From: Desulfobacula sp. | Lineage (GTDB): Bacteria > Desulfobacterota > Desulfobacteria > Desulfobacterales > Desulfobacteraceae | Assembly (NCBI GenBank): GCA_013792075.1 | Contig: VMSR01000302.1 | Span: 75 to 64,074 of the forward strand | DNA length: 64,000 nt | Reading direction: 5' to 3' | In this document: piece after piece, positions 62,001 to 64,000 of the stretch | How the letters are laid out: the number at the start of each line of letters is the position of its first letter | Numbering within the stretch: the first letter of the stretch is position 1 | Notes under the pieces: model-generated | The model's database searches: none | Told to the model about the DNA's origin: nothing | The model's input: the letters and a program-made list of their open reading frames with translations, nothing else | Position numbers and translations under genes: made by a program

Positions 62001-63959
62001 TCATTGTTGGGTGTTGCCTTTGGTTTTATCAAGCGTCCTTCGAATGATCTTTGCAAGTTCTCTTGTAACAATAGGTTTTTCAAAATAGTCACTGATTCCT
62101 ATGGAAAAAGCATTTTCCTTGCTAATTAAATCACTATATCCCGTGCATAAAACAACTGGCTGCTCAGGCCTCAGTTCTAAAATTTTCTGTGAAAGCTCCA
62201 AGCCAGTCATGCCAGGCATAGTCATATCCGTAAGAATAAGATCAAACCGATACGGATTTTTTTTATATGCCTCAAAGGCCGTTGTTCCACTTGAGAATGT
62301 CTGTACAGTATACCCGAATCCTTTTAGAATTTCGTTCGCCACCTCTCTGAGTGATTCTTCATCATCAACAAACATAATGGTTTCATTACCATATAAGAAA
62401 ACTTTCTTTTCTTTTAAAAGTGTATGGATAATTTCTGGATCATCCGTTATCGGTAAATAAATATGGAATGTCGATCCTTGGCCAGGTTCACTGTGAACGC
62501 TAATCTGCCCGTTAAGTTCCTCAACAATACCGAGAACCACGGCAAGTCCCAATCCGGTTCCCTTGCCTGGCTCTTTTGTAGTAAAATAAGGATCAAAAAT
62601 TCTTTTTAATATTGTCGAATCAATACCGTGACCGGTATCTGAGATTTCAAGATCAAGATACTTCCCAGGCATGAGATTCAGTTCGCAATTAGAACCTTCC
62701 TTCGGAAGTACAATCTCTTTCAGTCCCACAAAAAGAGATCCGCCGGTTTCACACATCGCATGATAGGCATTGGTGCATAGGTTCATGATGACCTGATGAA
62801 GTTTGGTTGGATCTGCCATCACCGTTGCCTTAGAGTAAATCTCTTCTTTGATCTCTATGGTTGCAGGTATTGTGGCTCGTAACAGTTTAAGTGCCTCTTC
62901 GATAACCGAGCAGATAGAGACTGGGTGTTTTTCATGTGTAGATTGCCTGCTAACTGTGAGAATTTGCTGGACCAGATCGGTAGCTTTTTGTGCTCCCTTA
63001 ATGATTTGATTAATATCTTTTTCAGCTTTTTCAGGATTTTTCAGATGATTTCTTGCCAATTGTGAAAAGCCAAAAATTCCCGAAAGAATATTATTAAAAT
63101 CGTGGGCAATCCCACCGGCCAATGTCCCTAATGATTCCATTTTCTGGGCCTGTTGAACTTGTAGTTCGGTGGCTTTGATATGGGTGACATCCTTCAGAAT
63201 GACCAATAATCCGGCTGGATTTCCTTCGTGATCATCATATCGAGATGCACTGATGTAGATATATAGCAACCGGCCATCTTTGGTATAGCGTTTGGTTGGA
63301 AAATTTTTGGACGGAATTCCTGTTTCTATTACCCGTATGATTTCAGCTATTGTTGATTTTTTTTCTTGTTCAGGCACATAGGGAATCCGCTTGTTTTTTA
63401 ACTCCTCTATAGTCCAGCCGAATGTCTCGGTAAATGCTTGGTTTATATATTGAAGATTTCCTTCAAGATCATAGATGGCGACAGCGTCTGCTGAGGAGTT
63501 CAAAAGAGATATGTAAAGAGCCTCGTTTCTCTGGGATTTTTCATAAAGCCTGCGATATTTTTCTTCCTCCTTTTTTAACGCTTCAGTCCTTTTCCTGACT
63601 ATCTCCTCAAGCCTGTCTCGATGTCGCATCAGATCTTCTTCGAGTTGTTTACGGGCGGTGATATTTATAATGAGAACAAGAACACCTGTCATGTTTCCAT
63701 TCACGTCCCTTATAGGTGCAGCCATGTGATCGATATAGATCCTTTCGCCTGAAGCATCAATCCTTTCATGTTGTGACCTGCCACTTTCTTGCCCTTCATA
63801 AACCAATCTGGCAGGGCAGTCGGTGCAGACAGAATGTCTTTTAGCCGCGACAAAGTAACAATATTGGCCAAGAATTTTATCTCCATAAATCTGTCTTGCT
63901 TTTTCATTGTATTTTATAACCCGGTAATTCAAATCGAATTGCCAAACTGGGATGCCCAA
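62001..63959 (-). CDS. hybrid sensor histidine kinase / response regulator with PAS domains
   Basis: PAS segments, HisKA GGIAHDFNNIL, HATPase GTGLGLAVV, and a C-terminal receiver IMFVDDEESL...LILTDMTMPGMTG. TTG start just after an in-frame TAA. Confidence 0.85.
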   Translation of the reverse strand: MGIPVWQFDLNYRVIKYNEKARQIYGDKILGQYCYFVAAKRHSVCTDCPARLVYEGQESGRSQHERIDASGERIYIDHMAAPIRDVNGNMTGVLVLIINITARKQLEEDLMRHRDRLEEIVRKRTEALKKEEEKYRRLYEKSQRNEALYISLLNSSADAVAIYDLEGNLQYINQAFTETFGWTIEELKNKRIPYVPEQEKKSTIAEIIRVIETGIPSKNFPTKRYTKDGRLLYIYISASRYDDHEGNPAGLLVILKDVTHIKATELQVQQAQKMESLGTLAGGIAHDFNNILSGIFGFSQLARNHLKNPEKAEKDINQIIKGAQKATDLVQQILTVSRQSTHEKHPVSICSVIEEALKLLRATIPATIEIKEEIYSKATVMADPTKLHQVIMNLCTNAYHAMCETGGSLFVGLKEIVLPKEGSNCELNLMPGKYLDLEISDTGHGIDSTILKRIFDPYFTTKEPGKGTGLGLAVVLGIVEELNGQISVHSEPGQGSTFHIYLPITDDPEIIHTLLKEKKVFLYGNETIMFVDDEESLREVANEILKGFGYTVQTFSSGTTAFEAYKKNPYRFDLILTDMTMPGMTGLELSQKILELRPEQPVVLCTGYSDLISKENAFSIGISDYFEKPIVTRELAKIIRRTLDKTKGNTQQ

Positions 63960-64000
63960 TAGATGCCTGAATTAGAAGAATGCATAAATAAGATTTGAAG

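Noticed and set aside
1-64000. Search for tRNA, rRNA, CRISPR arrays, IS elements, integrases and toxin-antitoxin or defence operons.
   Set aside because: None was recognised by eye in any intergenic region. The HsdR_N-like gene at 48119-48685 has no methylase or specificity partner, so no restriction system is claimed.

Overview
Dense bacterial chromosomal segment with moderate GC and many 4-nt ATGA start/stop overlaps. Gene content looks deltaproteobacterial (Desulfobacterales-like) and includes the dnaA locus. No rRNA, tRNA, CRISPR array, transposase or integrase was recognised by eye.

Gene content, left to right:
- A PAS/sigma-54 activator (cut by the window edge), an AT-rich orphan XRE gene, and a CheB-CheR-PAS fusion.
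- A decayed GH94 glucan-enzyme remnant.
- A cluster of small general-stress-type genes: three 3xBON paralogs, DUF3309, DUF948-like, YtxH, lmo0937-family and CsbD.
- A roughly 16-kb lipid-type biosynthetic operon. It encodes a GNAT-like protein, a 2557-aa ER-KS-AT-ACP-KR-DH megasynthase, a PPTase, an ABC exporter, a radical SAM/SPASM protein, a GT-B-like protein and an alpha-oxoamine synthase. A convergent PLD/cardiolipin-synthase-like gene follows.
- A GC-rich patch of gene fragments around a DUF2254 gene.
- OPT transporter plus PepD, and a second, deletion-scarred copy of the stress module.
- An ABC-2 exporter plus LpxR operon, an RcnB-like gene and an ABM-like gene.
- A second PAS/sigma-54 activator, then a complete cyanophycin set (iaaA-like, cphB, cphA) and a frameshifted adenine deaminase.
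- Housekeeping genes: uvrA, pdxA, dnaA, a GlcD-like oxidase, hflX, dnaB, rplI, rpsR, rpsF and a hybrid histidine kinase.

Most interesting signals:
1. The megasynthase/alpha-oxoamine-synthase operon, a candidate sphingoid or amino-lipid pathway with a non-canonical domain order.
2. A recurrent 14-bp palindrome (GGYCAWATNTGRCC) found as arrays about 90-135 bp upstream of five -24/-12 (sigma-54-type) promoter-like elements. These lie in front of the stress genes and next to an activator gene, and one array may be shared divergently with the lipid operon.
3. A segmental duplication of the stress module with internal deletion scars.

Several genes are interrupted by frameshifts (radical SAM at an A9 run, adenine deaminase, GH94 remnant). 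These could be real decay or sequencing error. All family assignments come from motif recognition by eye, not from database searches.
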